Origin: an uncultured delta proteobacterium
GTDB taxonomy: Bacteria > Myxococcota > Myxococcia > SLRQ01
DNA length: 64,000 nt
Assembly: GCA_963727485.1 (NCBI GenBank)
Contig: CAVSGM010000002.1
Span: 416,001-480,000, forward strand
Direction: 5' to 3'
The translations under genes and the position numbers were made by a program. The first letter of the stretch is position 1; each line of letters opens with the position of its first letter. Positions 40,804-51,621 of this stretch are shown piece after piece. Below the pieces are notes generated by a model, which made no database searches, was not told the DNA's origin, and was given only the letters and a program-made list of their open reading frames with translations.

Positions 40804-41864
40804 GCCTCGGCCGTCTCCTCGGCCTCGTCCCCTGCGGCCGGGGCGCCCTGCCCCTGCTGGCCGTCGAGGGCCTCGGCGACGACCCGGGCCTTGTCCTCGG
40901 TGTCCTTCACCGCGGCGTCGAGGGCCTCGAGGGCGGCCTCGTCCTCGGGGCGGTTGTCGTCGGCGGTCAGGGGCTCGATGCCGTCGAGGATCCCCGCGGG
41001 CTCGGCGGGCGCCTCGGCGGTGGGGGCGCCCTCGGCGTCGGGGTAGCTGTCCTCGACGATGCGCTGGTGCTCCTCGTTGAGCTCGTGGAACTCGCGGAGG
41101 GTGGGCAGGCTGGCGAGGTCCTTGAGGTTGAAGAACTCGAGGAAGGCCCGGGTGGTGCCATAGAGCAGGGGCCGGCCCGGCTCCTCCTTCTTGCCGAGGA
41201 CCTCGAGGAGGCCCCGGTCGAGGAGGGCCTTCATCACCGCCCCGCAGTCCACGCCGCGGATCTCCTCGACCTCGGGGCGGGTGACCGGCTGGCGGTAGGC
41301 GACGATGGCCAGGGTCTCGAGGGCGGCGCGGGTGAGGCGCTGGGGCTTCACCTGGAGGTAGCGCCGGACGAACTCGGAGCTGGTGGGGCAGGTGCGCAGC
41401 TGCCACCCGCCGCTGACCTCGTGGAGGACGATGCCGCTGACCCCCTCGCGGTAGTGGCCGGCGAGCTCGCCCATGGCCGCCCGGATGCGCTTGGGGACGA
41501 GGCCGGTGGCGTCCTGGATGGCCTTCTCCGAGAGGGGCTTGTCGGCGACGAAGAGGAGGGACTCGCAGAGGGTCGACACCCGGACGTCGGAGAGGAGCCG
41601 GGCCTTGGCGGCGAGCTTCTCCCGGGCCGCCGCCACCGGATCGTGGGCCGGGTCGAGGCCCGGGTCCCCGTCGTCGGCGGTCTCGGGGGCCTCGGCCTCG
41701 GCGACCTCGGGCTCGTCGATGTCCGCGGCCTCGGTGGCCTCGAGGGTCTCGGCCTCGTCGGGGACCTCGACCTCGGGGGCCAGGGCCTCCGGGGCCTCCT
41801 CGACCTCCTCGACCTCCTCGACTACCGCCGTCGTGCTTCGCTTTCCGATCATGTGTTCAGTCAC
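40800..41864 (-). CDS. scpB: SMC-Scp complex subunit ScpB with acidic N- and C-terminal extensions
   Basis: [43 protein letters not shown]. Confidence 0.93.
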   Translation of the reverse strand: MTEHMIGKRSTTAVVEEVEEVEEAPEALAPEVEVPDEAETLEATEAADIDEPEVAEAEAPETADDGDPGLDPAHDPVAAAREKLAAKARLLSDVRVSTLCESLLFVADKPLSEKAIQDATGLVPKRIRAAMGELAGHYREGVSGIVLHEVSGGWQLRTCPTSSEFVRRYLQVKPQRLTRAALETLAIVAYRQPVTRPEVEEIRGVDCGAVMKALLDRGLLEVLGKKEEPGRPLLYGTTRAFLEFFNLKDLASLPTLREFHELNEEHQRIVEDSYPDAEGAPTAEAPAEPAGILDGIEPLTADDNRPEDEAALEALDAAVKDTEDKARVVAEALDGQQGQGAPAAGDEAEETAEA

Positions 41865-41896
41865 CCGTCCAGTGAGGGGGATCGCGTGTGGAGACG

Positions 41897-42922
41897 TTAC
41901 CGGAAGTCGTCCTGTACGTCGCCCAGATCCGTCTCGTCGAGGCGGTCGGTGCCGGCCACCAGGATGTCGGCGCCGATCTCCTCCTGGCGGATCCGGGCGA
42001 GGCCGAGGCGGGCGAGCTCGAGGAGGGCCAGGAAGGTCACGATGATCTGGGCCCGGACCCGGTCGCCCTCGAAGAGCGAGAGGAAGGTCACGGTGCGGGT
42101 CTTCCGGAGGCGGGCGACCAGCTCCGAGATGCGATTGGAGATGCTCACCCGCTCCATCAGGACGTCGTGGGTCACCTCGACCTTCGCCCGCTTGAACACC
42201 TCGTCGAGGGCCTCGATGAGCTTGAAGACGCTCACCTCCTTGAGGCCGATGTCGCCGTCGGGCAGCGGCACCGGCTCGGGGGCGCCGTCCCGGGCGAACA
42301 CGTCGCGACCGAGGATGTCCTGGCCCCCGAGGGTGTCCGCGGCCTCCCGGTACTTCTGGTACTCCAGGAGGCGCTTGACCAGGTCCTCGCGGGGGTCGCC
42401 GCCCTCGCCCTCTTCGCCCTCGTCCTCCTCGGGCTCGGGGCGCGGGAGGAGCATCCGGCTCTTGATGTGGGCCAACGTCGCCGCCATCAGCAGGTACTCG
42501 CCGGCGATGTCGAGGTTCAGCTCCCGCATCCGGTCGAGCATCTCCAGGTACTTCTCGATGACGAAGGAGATGGGGATGTCGAGGATGTCGAGGCGGTGCT
42601 CGCGGACCAGGTGGAGGAGCAGGTCGAGGGGGCCCTCGAAGACCGGGAGCTGCACCTGGAGGAGGCCCGGGCCGAGGTGCTCGGGCACGGGCCTGCCGTC
42701 GGGGCCCACCGGGCCGGCCGCAGCCTCGCCTTCGCCGCTGGCAGCGCCCTCGCCCGCCGCCGCCGCCGGGCCGGCCGCCGGCGCCTCGGGCGCACCGGTC
42801 CCCTCCGCCGCCCCACGCGACGCCTCCTCAGGGGAGACCGCCTGGGGGGACGCCGCCGCGGGATCCTGCGCCGCGGGCCCGCCACCCTCGTCCGGGGTCG
42901 GGCGCTCGGGGTCGTCCGCCAT
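41897..42922 (-). CDS. scpA: segregation/condensation protein ScpA (kleisin)
   Basis: [37 protein letters not shown]. Confidence 0.93.
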   Translation of the reverse strand: MADDPERPTPDEGGGPAAQDPAAASPQAVSPEEASRGAAEGTGAPEAPAAGPAAAAGEGAASGEGEAAAGPVGPDGRPVPEHLGPGLLQVQLPVFEGPLDLLLHLVREHRLDILDIPISFVIEKYLEMLDRMRELNLDIAGEYLLMAATLAHIKSRMLLPRPEPEEDEGEEGEGGDPREDLVKRLLEYQKYREAADTLGGQDILGRDVFARDGAPEPVPLPDGDIGLKEVSVFKLIEALDEVFKRAKVEVTHDVLMERVSISNRISELVARLRKTRTVTFLSLFEGDRVRAQIIVTFLALLELARLGLARIRQEEIGADILVAGTDRLDETDLGDVQDDFR

Positions 42923-43008
42923 CGGAGGGCGTCTATCACGGATCCCGGGGCCCCGTCACCGGCGAAGGCCACCGCCGGGCACCGGGCCCCAGGGCGCCGG
43001 ACCCCAGG

Positions 43009-43365
43009 TCAGCTCCCGTCCTGGGCCGGGTCGAGGTGGAACCGGTGGAGGACCCGGTGGAAGACGGGGGTCAGGAGCACCCCGGCGACCACGATGAAGG
43101 CGAGGCCCCCGACGAGGGCGTCGGCGATGGTGAAGACCTTCCCCGCCGCCGAGTGGACGGGCACCAGGGGCCCGTTCCCGGTCATCACCAGCGACGCGTC
43201 GAGGAAGCCGTCGAGCCACCCCAGGCCCTCGGTGAGGTGGAACCCCACCGCGCCGATGGTGAGCGCCAGGAGGTCGACCCCCACGGCCGAGGCCACCGCC
43301 AGGGCCATGCGCCCGACGAAGCTCGACCGGCTGGCCAGGGGCTGGTGTCGCCGCTCGTAGGTCAT
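43009..43365 (-). CDS. small 2-TM pore-loop (K-channel-like) membrane protein
   Basis: TM, then EGLGWLDGFLDASLVMTGNGP, then AGKVF-TM; start overlaps the xerD stop. Confidence 0.6.
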   Translation of the reverse strand: MTYERRHQPLASRSSFVGRMALAVASAVGVDLLALTIGAVGFHLTEGLGWLDGFLDASLVMTGNGPLVPVHSAAGKVFTIADALVGGLAFIVVAGVLLTPVFHRVLHRFHLDPAQDGS

Positions 43366-44252
43366 CAGGCCCGGGGGTGGTGCTCGGCGTAGAGCTTGCG
43401 GAGCCGGGCCCGGTCGACGTGGGTGTAGATCTCGGTGGTGGCGACGTCGGCGTGGCCGAGCATGGCCTGCACCGCCCGGAGATCCGCGCCCCCCTCGAGG
43501 AGGTGGGTGGCGAAGGAGTGCCGCAGCTTGTGGGGGCTGATTTCCTTTTGGATTCCAGCCACCTTTGCGTACTTCTTCAAGAGCTTCCAGAACCCCTGGC
43601 GGGTCATGGCCCGGGCCCGGTTCGAGGGGAAGAGCGCCCTCGCCGGGCGCCCCCGGAGGATCTCCTCCCGGGGCCCCTCGAGGAAGCGGACGATCCAGCC
43701 GATGGCCGAGCGACCCAGCGGGACCAGCCGCTCCTTGTCGCCCTTGCCCCGGGCCTGGAGGTAGCCGGCCTCGAGGTTCACGTCGTTGAGCTCGAGGCCC
43801 GTCAGCTCGCTGACCCGCAGCCCGGTGGCGTAGAGGGTCTCGAGCATGGCCCGGTCCCGGGTGCCCGCCGGGGTGGTGGCGTCGGGGGCGCCGAGGAGGC
43901 GCTCGACCTCGTCGTGGGTGAGGAAGACCGGGAGGCGACGGGCCCGGCGGGGGGTCTCGAGGTCGGCGGTGGGGTCGCAGTCTGCGAGCTGCTCCCGGAG
44001 GAGGAAGCGGTGGAAGGTGCGGATGGCCGCCAGGGCCCGCGCCTGGCTCCGGGCCGAGAGCCCGTGGTCGGCGAGGACCTTCAGGTGGGCCAGGACGTGG
44101 TCGCGGGTGACGTCCCCGGGGGCGGCGCACCCGGCCTGGGTGAGGCCCTTGAGGTAGCGGTCGAGATCCCGCCCGTAGGCCTCGACGGTGTTCGCCGAGA
44201 GCCCGCGCTCCAGGCGGATGTACGAGAGGTAGAGGTCGAGGAGGTGCTCCAT
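43365..44252 (-). CDS. xerD: site-specific tyrosine recombinase XerD
   Basis: ERGLSANTVEAYGRD, LYATGLRVSEL, GKGDKER, SPHKLRHSFATHLL, LGHA, TTEIYTHV. Confidence 0.95.
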   Translation of the reverse strand: MEHLLDLYLSYIRLERGLSANTVEAYGRDLDRYLKGLTQAGCAAPGDVTRDHVLAHLKVLADHGLSARSQARALAAIRTFHRFLLREQLADCDPTADLETPRRARRLPVFLTHDEVERLLGAPDATTPAGTRDRAMLETLYATGLRVSELTGLELNDVNLEAGYLQARGKGDKERLVPLGRSAIGWIVRFLEGPREEILRGRPARALFPSNRARAMTRQGFWKLLKKYAKVAGIQKEISPHKLRHSFATHLLEGGADLRAVQAMLGHADVATTEIYTHVDRARLRKLYAEHHPRA

Positions 44253-44866
44253 CAGATCGCGTCCACCCTTCCCTTGCCCTCGCGGAGGACCTCGGGCCCG
44301 TCGCCGGTGAGGTCCACCACGGTGGAGACGTCGAAGAGGTTGAGGCCCACGTCGAGGATGAGATCGAGGCCGTGGCCGAGGCGGTCGCGGATCTCCCGCG
44401 GGTCGGCGATGACGGCGCCGTCCTCCTCGGTGGCCGTGGTGGAGAGGATCGGGTGGCCCAGGCCCCGGACCAGCGCCAGGGCGACCTCGGAGTCGGGGAT
44501 GCGCACGCCCACGGTCTTCTGCCGGGTGATGAGGAGCTTCGGCACCTCCTTGGTGGCCCGGAGGATGAACGTGTAGGGGCCCGGCGTGAGCCGGCGCAGC
44601 ATCCGGTACTCGGCGTCGCCGACCCGGGCGAAGCTCGCGGCCTGGGAGAGGCTCTCGCAGAGGAAGGTGACCGGGCGCTTCGGGTCCCGGGCCTTGAGGG
44701 CGTAGAGCTTCTGGGCCGCCTGCTTGTTGAGCAGGTCGCAGCCGATGCCGTAGGCGGTGTCGGTGGGGTAGACCACCAGGCCCCCGCCCTCGAGGACCTC
44801 CACGGCCTGGTCGATGGCCCGCGGCTGCGGGTGCTCGGGGTCGATCTCCTGGAGGCGCGCCGGCAT
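44252..44866 (-). CDS. Sua5/YrdC/YciO family protein (threonylcarbamoyl-AMP synthase-like)
   Basis: YPTDTAYGIGC, PGPYTFIL, VGVRIPD, STVVDL. Confidence 0.9.
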   Translation of the reverse strand: MPARLQEIDPEHPQPRAIDQAVEVLEGGGLVVYPTDTAYGIGCDLLNKQAAQKLYALKARDPKRPVTFLCESLSQAASFARVGDAEYRMLRRLTPGPYTFILRATKEVPKLLITRQKTVGVRIPDSEVALALVRGLGHPILSTTATEEDGAVIADPREIRDRLGHGLDLILDVGLNLFDVSTVVDLTGDGPEVLREGKGRVDAI

Positions 44867-44952
44867 CGGGTCGAGGCTACACCGGGGCCGGTTCCGGTCA
44901 ACTTCGCGGCCGGGCGGTACGCGCCTCGCGGCCCTGGTACAGTCCCGCCATC

Positions 44953-45789
44953 ATGAACGCCTCGACCCTCCCGACGTCCCGCCGACTCCGGTCGCGCACC
45001 CTGGTGGCCGCCGCCTTCTCTTCGCTGGCGATCCTCCTCGCAGGCTGCTTTCCGGCGCCGTCGGGGGATGGCTCGGGGTCGCAGGCGGACGGCGGCGGAA
45101 GCGCTGGCGTCGATGGGGGCGGCGCCACGGACGGGGGTGGCGCCACGGACGGAGGCGCCACCCAACCGGCGTCGCTGCGCATCACCGAGATCAACCCGGC
45201 CGGCCGCTCGGAGCTCATCGAGCTGGTGGCCGTCAGTGGCGGTACCCTCGGCGGCATCACCCTCCAGGAGCTCACCAACTCCGGGTTCTCGTACGCCTTC
45301 CCGGCGGGCTACACCCTCGCTGACAACGACGTGATCGTGCTGCACGTCGGGGGCACCTGCACCGACGTCGCCGGGGATCGCACCTCGTGCGGCAACACCG
45401 CGCCGTTCACCAGCTCGGCCTGGGACTTCAGCGCCCCCGGCGCCTTCACCTTCTAAGGGAAGGTGTTCGAGGTGTTCGGCCCCGATGGCTCCCCCATGGA
45501 CGGCGTCCCCTTCGTGAAGAGCCATGGGGTGATGCCGTCGAGCCTCGTCGCCGCGGTCCAGCAGCTCCAGTCGGACCGCGTCTGGGCCGCGAGCCCCGCC
45601 TGCGTGGACGACCCCTCGACCGGGCTGGCGAAGGATCGCTACTGCCGGAACATCTCGGTGGCCTGGGACAACCTGCTCACCGACGACTCGAACAGCGTGG
45701 CGCGGATCGCGGGATCGTCGCCGCTCACCGTACCGGGCTCGGCCTCGGAGTGGAGCGCGGCCCTGCCGTCGACCTGGGGCACCTACTAG
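44953..45789 (+). pseudogene. lamin-tail-domain-like lipoprotein interrupted by an in-frame TAA at 45454-45456
   Basis: Lipobox LAGC, DGG linker, LRITEIN...ELIEL. The ORFs 44953-45456 and 45463-45789 are in the same frame. Confidence 0.6.
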
Positions 45790-45840
45790 CCGCGAGGCCA
45801 CGAGGCTACCCCGCCCCTGGGTGAACCTCGGCGGGACGCA

Positions 45841-46251
45841 TCAGGGCGTGCAGGTGATCGCCACGTTCGTGATATCGGCGAGGCTGACAATTCCCGAGCC
45901 ATTCGTCACCGTGCAGGTCTGGGTGGGCCCGCTCGGCTCGGTGGTCACGCTCACCGCGTAGACGCCGCCGCTCGCCACCTTCGTCGTGAACGAGAAGCTC
46001 GTCGCGCCCGCGGGGACCGGCAGGTCCTCGCTGCCGTTGTGCAGCACCAATCCAGTGCCGGTCAGGCCCGTGATCGTCCCGCCGATCGCGTAGGTCGATC
46101 CGCCGGACCCGGAGCCGGACCCGGAGCCGCCATCTCCACCCTGCCCTTGCGGCTTGGCACCGCAACCGGCGGTGCCCAGCGCCCCGACCATGGTCGCCAG
46201 GACCAGGCCCCATCCGAACCTGCTACGAAACCCACCACGGAGCGTAAGCAT
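45841..46251 (-). CDS. small lipoprotein with one Ig-like YxIGGTxxGL domain
   Basis: Lipobox TAGC; YAIGGTITGLTGTGLVL...YAVSV..P..TCTVTNGSG...ITNVAITC; less GC-biased codons. Confidence 0.7.
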   Translation of the reverse strand: MLTLRGGFRSRFGWGLVLATMVGALGTAGCGAKPQGQGGDGGSGSGSGSGGSTYAIGGTITGLTGTGLVLHNGSEDLPVPAGATSFSFTTKVASGGVYAVSVTTEPSGPTQTCTVTNGSGIVSLADITNVAITCTP

Positions 46252-46368
46252 AAGACCCTACTTTCTTGCGACGGGTCCACATGCCCAGCTCCAGGGGACG
46301 AGAAGCCATCAGGACTGTCAATGCGGGCGCTGACCAGGATAACCGTTCTCGAGGCCGCCGCGGTGGCT

Positions 46369-49104
46369 TCATGTGGGGCGGAGCTTCTTGAGCTTGTAGA
46401 GCCACTCCAGGGCCTCGCGGGGGGTGAGCCCGTCGGGGTCCACCTCGTCCACCGCCAGGTCCAGAGGCGAGGGCCCGCGCTTGCCGCCGCCGAAGAGCGA
46501 GAGCTGCCCCGCCCCCTCGGCGTCGCCCTTGTGCTTGGCCAGCGCCGGGCGCCCGAGGGCGTCGAGCTCGGTGGACTCGAGGTTCGCCAGGACCTCGGCG
46601 GCCCGGTCGAGGACGCCCACCGGCAGGCCGGCGAGCCGCGCCACCTGGATCCCGTAGCTGCGGTTGGCGGCGCCGGCGACGAGCTTGCGCAGGAAGACCA
46701 CCTGGCCGTTCCACTCGCGCACGGCGACGGTGTAGTTGGCGACGCCGGCCAGCGCCTTCGCGAGATCGGTGAGCTCGTGGTAGTGGGTCGCGAAGAGGGT
46801 CCGGCAGCGCACCCGGTCGTGGAGGTCCTCGGCCACCGCCCAGGCGATGCTCACCCCGTCGTAGGTGCTGGTGCCCCGGCCAATCTCGTCGAGGATGACC
46901 AGCGACCGGTCGGTGGCGCCGTTGAGGATGCTCGCGGTCTCGGTCATCTCCACCATGAAGGTGGACTGGCCCCGGGCGAGGTTGTCCGAGGCGCCGACCC
47001 GGGTGAAGATCCGGTCGCAGAGGCCCACCCGCGCGCGCTTCGCCGGGACGAAGCTGCCCACGTGGGCCAACAGCGCGATGAGGGCGGTCTGGCGCATCAC
47101 CGTGGACTTGCCCGCCATGTTGGGGCCGGTGATCACCAGGAGGAAGCGCTCGCCGCCGACGCTGACGTCGCAGGGGACGAAGGGCCCGGCGCCGCCGCGC
47201 TTCAGCGCCGCCTCGACCACCGGGTGGCGGCCCTCCTCGATGTCGAGCTCCCGGCTCTCGTCGACCACCGGGCGGCACCAGCCCTCCTCGGCGGCGACCT
47301 TCGCCAGCGCCATCAGGGCGTCGAGGTCGGCGACCCGGTCGGCGCGCTCCCGCAGGCTGGTCGCGTGCCCCACCACCTCGGCGCGCAGGTCCTCGAAGAG
47401 CCGGTGCTCGAGGGCCTTGCGCTTCTCCTCGGCGGAGAGGACCTTCCCCTCGTAGCCCTTGAGCTCGTCGGTGATGTAGCGCTCGGCGCCCTTCATGGTC
47501 TGCCGGCGCACGTAGTCGCCCGGGACCTTGTCGAGGTGGCTCTTGGTGACCTCGATGTAGTAGCCGAAGACCCGGTTGTACCGGACCTTGAGTGACCCGA
47601 TGCCCGTGCGCTCGCGCTCGGTGGTCTCGAAGCGGAGGATCCAGTCCTTCCCGTGGGCCGAGAGCTCGATGAGCTCGTCGAGGTCCGGGTCGAAGCCCCG
47701 CCGGAGCATCCCGCCCTCGGTGATGGTCGGGGGCGGGTCGTCGACGAGCGCCGCGTCGAGGCGGGCGCGCAGCTGCGGCAGGCCGTCGAGGCCCGTCGCC
47801 AGCTCGGCGAGGCGGCCGGCCACCCCGGCGTCCGCGAGGCGGGCCTTGAGCTCCGGGAGCACCGCCAGCGACCGCGCCAGGGCCTTGAGGTCCCGGGCGC
47901 TCCCCTGCCCCAGCGCCAGGCGGCCCACCAGGCGCTCGAGGTCGGCGATCTCCCGGAGGGCGTCGCGCAGGTCGTCCCGGAGCACCGCCTGCTCGGCCAG
48001 CGCCGCCACCGCGTCCTGGCGGGCGACGATGGCCTGCTTGTCCTTCAGGGGCCAGGTGAGCCACCGGGCGAGGCGCCGGCCGCCCATGGCGGTCACCGTC
48101 TTGTCCACGATGCCCAGCAGGCTGCCCTGCTTCTTCCCGTCGGCGAGGCTCCGGAGGACCTCGAGGTTGGCCCGGGTGGCGTCGTCGAGGACCAGGTGGT
48201 CGCCGGGGTGGTACACGGACAGGCGGTCGGCGTGGACCGCGTCGCGCTTCTGGGTCCGGGCGGCGTAGCGCAGCGCCGCGGCGACGGCGACGGCCACCAG
48301 GTCGCCCTCGGGGCCGTCGGGGACCCCGTAGCCGGCCAGGGTGTCTACGTGGAGATGGCGCAGCAGGTGGCCCCGGGCGCTGCGCGGGTCCCCGAAGACC
48401 TCGGCGTCGCCTCGCCCCAGCGACGCCGCCGGCACCCGCGCCGCCAGCCCCGCGACCCGGGCCCCCTCGGCCTCGCCCTCGAAGAGCAGCTCCCGCGGCG
48501 CCGCCCGGGCCAGCTCGTCGCCGAGGCCCCGGTCGGAGGCCAGGTGCGCCGCCCGGAGCGCCCCGGTGGACACGTCGAGAAACGCCACCGCCCCGCCCGC
48601 TTCCCCAAGCGCCAGCGCAGCCACCAGCCGCTCGGTGCGCGGGTCCAGGGCGTCGGCCTCCAGCACCATCCCCGGCGTCAGGATCCGCGTCACCTCCCGG
48701 CGGACCAGCCCCTTGGCCTCCGCCGGGTCCTCGACCTGCTCGACCACCGCCACCTTGAGCCCCGCCTCCACCAGCCGGCCGAGGTACGCCTTGGCCGCGT
48801 GGTAGGGGATGCCCGCCATGGGGAAGCGGTCCTCGCCCTTGCCCCGGGCGGTGAGGGTGATCTCCAGGAGCTCCGAGGCCCTCACCGCGTCCTCGAAGAA
48901 GCACTCGTAGAAGTCCCCGAGGCGGAAGAGGACCAGGCAGTCGGCGTTGGCCTGCTTGACCTCCAGGTACTGGGCGAGCATCGGGGTGATGCGCCCGGTC
49001 TTGCGCAGATCGTCGGCGGTGCGGTCCACCGGGACCGGCTCCCTCGCCGTCTCGACCACCCCGGCGCCGTCGCCCGCCGCCGGCTTGCCTCTCGCGCGCG
49101 CCAT
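46369..49104 (-). CDS. mutS: DNA mismatch repair protein MutS
   Basis: TPMLAQY, FRLGDFYE, TGPNMAGKST, STFMVEM, DEIGRGTS, FATHYHEL, SYGIQVA. Confidence 0.97.
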   Translation of the reverse strand: MARARGKPAAGDGAGVVETAREPVPVDRTADDLRKTGRITPMLAQYLEVKQANADCLVLFRLGDFYECFFEDAVRASELLEITLTARGKGEDRFPMAGIPYHAAKAYLGRLVEAGLKVAVVEQVEDPAEAKGLVRREVTRILTPGMVLEADALDPRTERLVAALALGEAGGAVAFLDVSTGALRAAHLASDRGLGDELARAAPRELLFEGEAEGARVAGLAARVPAASLGRGDAEVFGDPRSARGHLLRHLHVDTLAGYGVPDGPEGDLVAVAVAAALRYAARTQKRDAVHADRLSVYHPGDHLVLDDATRANLEVLRSLADGKKQGSLLGIVDKTVTAMGGRRLARWLTWPLKDKQAIVARQDAVAALAEQAVLRDDLRDALREIADLERLVGRLALGQGSARDLKALARSLAVLPELKARLADAGVAGRLAELATGLDGLPQLRARLDAALVDDPPPTITEGGMLRRGFDPDLDELIELSAHGKDWILRFETTERERTGIGSLKVRYNRVFGYYIEVTKSHLDKVPGDYVRRQTMKGAERYITDELKGYEGKVLSAEEKRKALEHRLFEDLRAEVVGHATSLRERADRVADLDALMALAKVAAEEGWCRPVVDESRELDIEEGRHPVVEAALKRGGAGPFVPCDVSVGGERFLLVITGPNMAGKSTVMRQTALIALLAHVGSFVPAKRARVGLCDRIFTRVGASDNLARGQSTFMVEMTETASILNGATDRSLVILDEIGRGTSTYDGVSIAWAVAEDLHDRVRCRTLFATHYHELTDLAKALAGVANYTVAVREWNGQVVFLRKLVAGAANRSYGIQVARLAGLPVGVLDRAAEVLANLESTELDALGRPALAKHKGDAEGAGQLSLFGGGKRGPSPLDLAVDEVDPDGLTPREALEWLYKLKKLRPT

Positions 49105-49165
49105 GGAGCGGCGGATGGTGCCACAGGGGGCCGCGGGGTGTCATCCGGTGTGGTACTTGGGGTGC

Positions 49166-49894
49166 ATGGAAACGACCCGCGCCGACTACGGCCTCGACGC
49201 CCCCGGGGTCATCCGGAACCTCGCGATGTTCGGCGGGGCACTCGTCGCCCTCGGGGGCATGGTGCTCGTCCTCGGCGGGCGGTACGCGGGCCTGTCGAAC
49301 CTCGGCTTCTGGCCCGGGGCTTCGATGCTCGCCGCCGCCGGCCTGATGCTGTGGAGCAGCCGGTCTGGCAAGCGCTCGGCGGCGGAGAAGCTGGTGGACG
49401 GCCTGGGCCTCGAAGGCGGCGAGACCGTCCTCGACGTGGGCTGCGGCCACGGGCTCCTGCTCATCACCGCCGCCCGGGCCCTGACGACCGGCCGGGCCCT
49501 GGGCCTCGACCTCTGGTCCCAGGTGGACCAGCACGACAACCGGCGCGAGGCCACCCTGGCCAACGCCGCCGCCGAGGGGGTCGCCGACCGGGTCGAGGTC
49601 CACGACGGGGACATGCGCGAGCTGCCCTTCGGCGACGCGAGCGTCGACGCGGTGGTCTCGAGCCTCGCCATCCACAACGTCCCGGGGCGGGACGCGCGCC
49701 GGAAGGCCCTCACCGAGATCGCCCGGGTCCTCAAGCCCGGGGGCCAGGTCGCCCTCCTCGACATCGCCCACGTCCACGAGTACGCCGCCGACCTCGAGGC
49801 GGCGGGGCTGATGGAGGTGGACGTCAGCGGTCCCGTTCCCACCGTGTTCCCCATGGCGCGGGTGGTCCGGGGCCGGAAGCCGGCGGCCGGGTAG
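49166..49894 (+). CDS. membrane-anchored class I SAM-dependent methyltransferase
   Basis: YGLDAP, two TM helices, VLDVGCGHG, RVLKPGG. Confidence 0.88.
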   Translation: METTRADYGLDAPGVIRNLAMFGGALVALGGMVLVLGGRYAGLSNLGFWPGASMLAAAGLMLWSSRSGKRSAAEKLVDGLGLEGGETVLDVGCGHGLLLITAARALTTGRALGLDLWSQVDQHDNRREATLANAAAEGVADRVEVHDGDMRELPFGDASVDAVVSSLAIHNVPGRDARRKALTEIARVLKPGGQVALLDIAHVHEYAADLEAAGLMEVDVSGPVPTVFPMARVVRGRKPAAG

Positions 49895-49900
49895 ACGCCC

Positions 49901-50630
49901 GTGGGCCTCTTCGTCGAGGACACCGGCCCCCGGAGCGGGACCCCCGTGGTCTTCCTCCATGGCGGCGGGATCGGATCGCCGGGCGTGGCGCGCCCAGGCG
50001 CAGGCCTTCGCGGACACTCGCTGCCTCTTCGTGGATCTCCCCGAGCACGGGCGGAGCCTGGAGGCGGGCCCCTTCTCCATCGACGGGACCGTCACCGCCG
50101 TGGCCGCCCTCATCCGCGCGCGGGCCCCCGCCGGCCGCGCCCACCTGGTGGGGCACTCCCTCGGCGGCATCGTCGTGCTCCATCTCCTGGCGGCGGCGGC
50201 GGAGGTCGTGGACCACGCGGTCGTCGCCAGCGGAAACCTCCACCCCTCGGCGCTCTACCGGGTGCTCGCCTCCTGGCCCGCCTGCCTCCTGCTCTCGGCC
50301 GCCGGGCGGCTCACCGGCCGGGGGACCCCGGCGGCCGTGCTCCATCGCCTCTATGGCGAGACCCTCCGGCACCTCCGGATCCCCGAGGGGCTCGCGGCGG
50401 CCGAGGCGCCCACCCTCCTCCTCGCCGGGGACCGCGAGCCCGCGTTCCTCCGGGCGTCGAACCGCGAGGTTGCCGCCCGCCTGCCCCACGCCCGGGCCCT
50501 GGTGGTCGCGGCCGCGGGGCACCTCTACCCCTTCGAGACCCCCGAGCGCTTCGAGGCGCTGGTGCGCCGGTGGCTCGCCGACGCTTCCGTCGACGACCTC
50601 GCCGGCGTGCGCCCGGACCCGGGCCCCTGA
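49901..50630 (+). CDS. alpha/beta hydrolase, frameshifted near 49970
   Basis: VVFLHGGG in one frame; DLPEHGRS, GHSLGG and AGH in the next. Confidence 0.8.
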
Positions 50631-50689
50631 GGGCCGCCGGCGACCCCGGGACGGTACGCGCCGGCGCCACCGTGCGATAGAACCCGGCC

Positions 50690-51621
50690 ATGGGATCCGC
50701 CGCCGCCCTGCCCCGCCTCGCCCTGGCGGTCACCCTCGGCCTCGCCCTCGGGGGTCTGCCGGCGGCGGACGCGCGTGCGGACGACGCGACCCGGCAGGAC
50801 CACGTCGCCGACGCCGCGCTCACCGCGAAGCGCGCCGGCGATCCGGCCAAGGCCCTGGCCCTCCGCGAGCGGGCCCTGAAGGCCCTGGAGGGCAAGCCCG
50901 GCTGGCCCCACGCCGCCTACGCCGCCGCCACGGAGGCCCTGGACCTGGGCCGCGACGGCGACGCCAAGGCGCTGCTCCGGCAGGTCGCCTTCGGTCACCC
51001 GGGCGCCATCGACGCCCCCAGGGCCCTCCGCCGCCTGGCGTTCCTCCACCCGAAGGCCGCCCGGGCCTCCTGGTACCGGGACGCCGCCCGGCGCCTCGCC
51101 GGGACACCCGCTCCAGGCCGAGGCGCTGTTCCAGTGCGGCGAGGCGGCCACCGCGGCGAAACAGTGGGCCCTGGCGCTCGCAATGCTACCGTCCCGGTGA
51201 TCCGCCACCACGCCACCGCGCCCTTCGCCGACGAGGCGCTCCTCCACGCCGCCGACGCCTGGCGGGCCCTGGGCAAGGTGAAGGCCGCCGAGGCCCTCTA
51301 CGGCTGGGTGGTCCTGGGGCCGCCGGGGCTGCCGAGGGGCCAGGGCCCGTTCCCCACCCACCTGGCGGCGGACGCGCTGATGGCCCTCGGCCGACTGCGG
51401 GCGAAGGACGACCCGGGCGGCGCCCTCCACGCCTGGCAGAGGCTCCTCGCCGACCACCCCACCAGCCGGCTCTGCGACGACGCCCTCCGGGCCATCGCCC
51501 GCCTCGAGACGAGGCGGGGCCACGACGCCGCCGCGAAGCGCGCCTGGAGCGGCTCCTCCGGGACCACCCCGAGTCCCGCTACGCCGCGGGGCGAAGGCCG
51601 CGGAAGGCGGACCTGCGATGA
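50690..51621 (+). CDS. exported TPR (BamD/YbgF-like) protein with several apparent frameshifts
   Basis: Signal peptide and TPR-like helices. Alternative frames give LQAEALFQCGEAA (about 51110-51180) and ERLLRDHPESRYA, ending with an ATGA overlap at 51618-51621. Confidence 0.55.

Noticed and set aside
43365..44252. Tyrosine recombinase as a prophage or island integrase
   Set aside because: It has clear XerD signatures in a housekeeping context with scpAB; no att repeats or phage genes were seen.
45454..45456. Stop-codon recoding (selenocysteine, pyrrolysine or an alternative code)
   Set aside because: The codon is TAA, not TGA or TAG, and TAA serves as a normal stop at 58363-58365.
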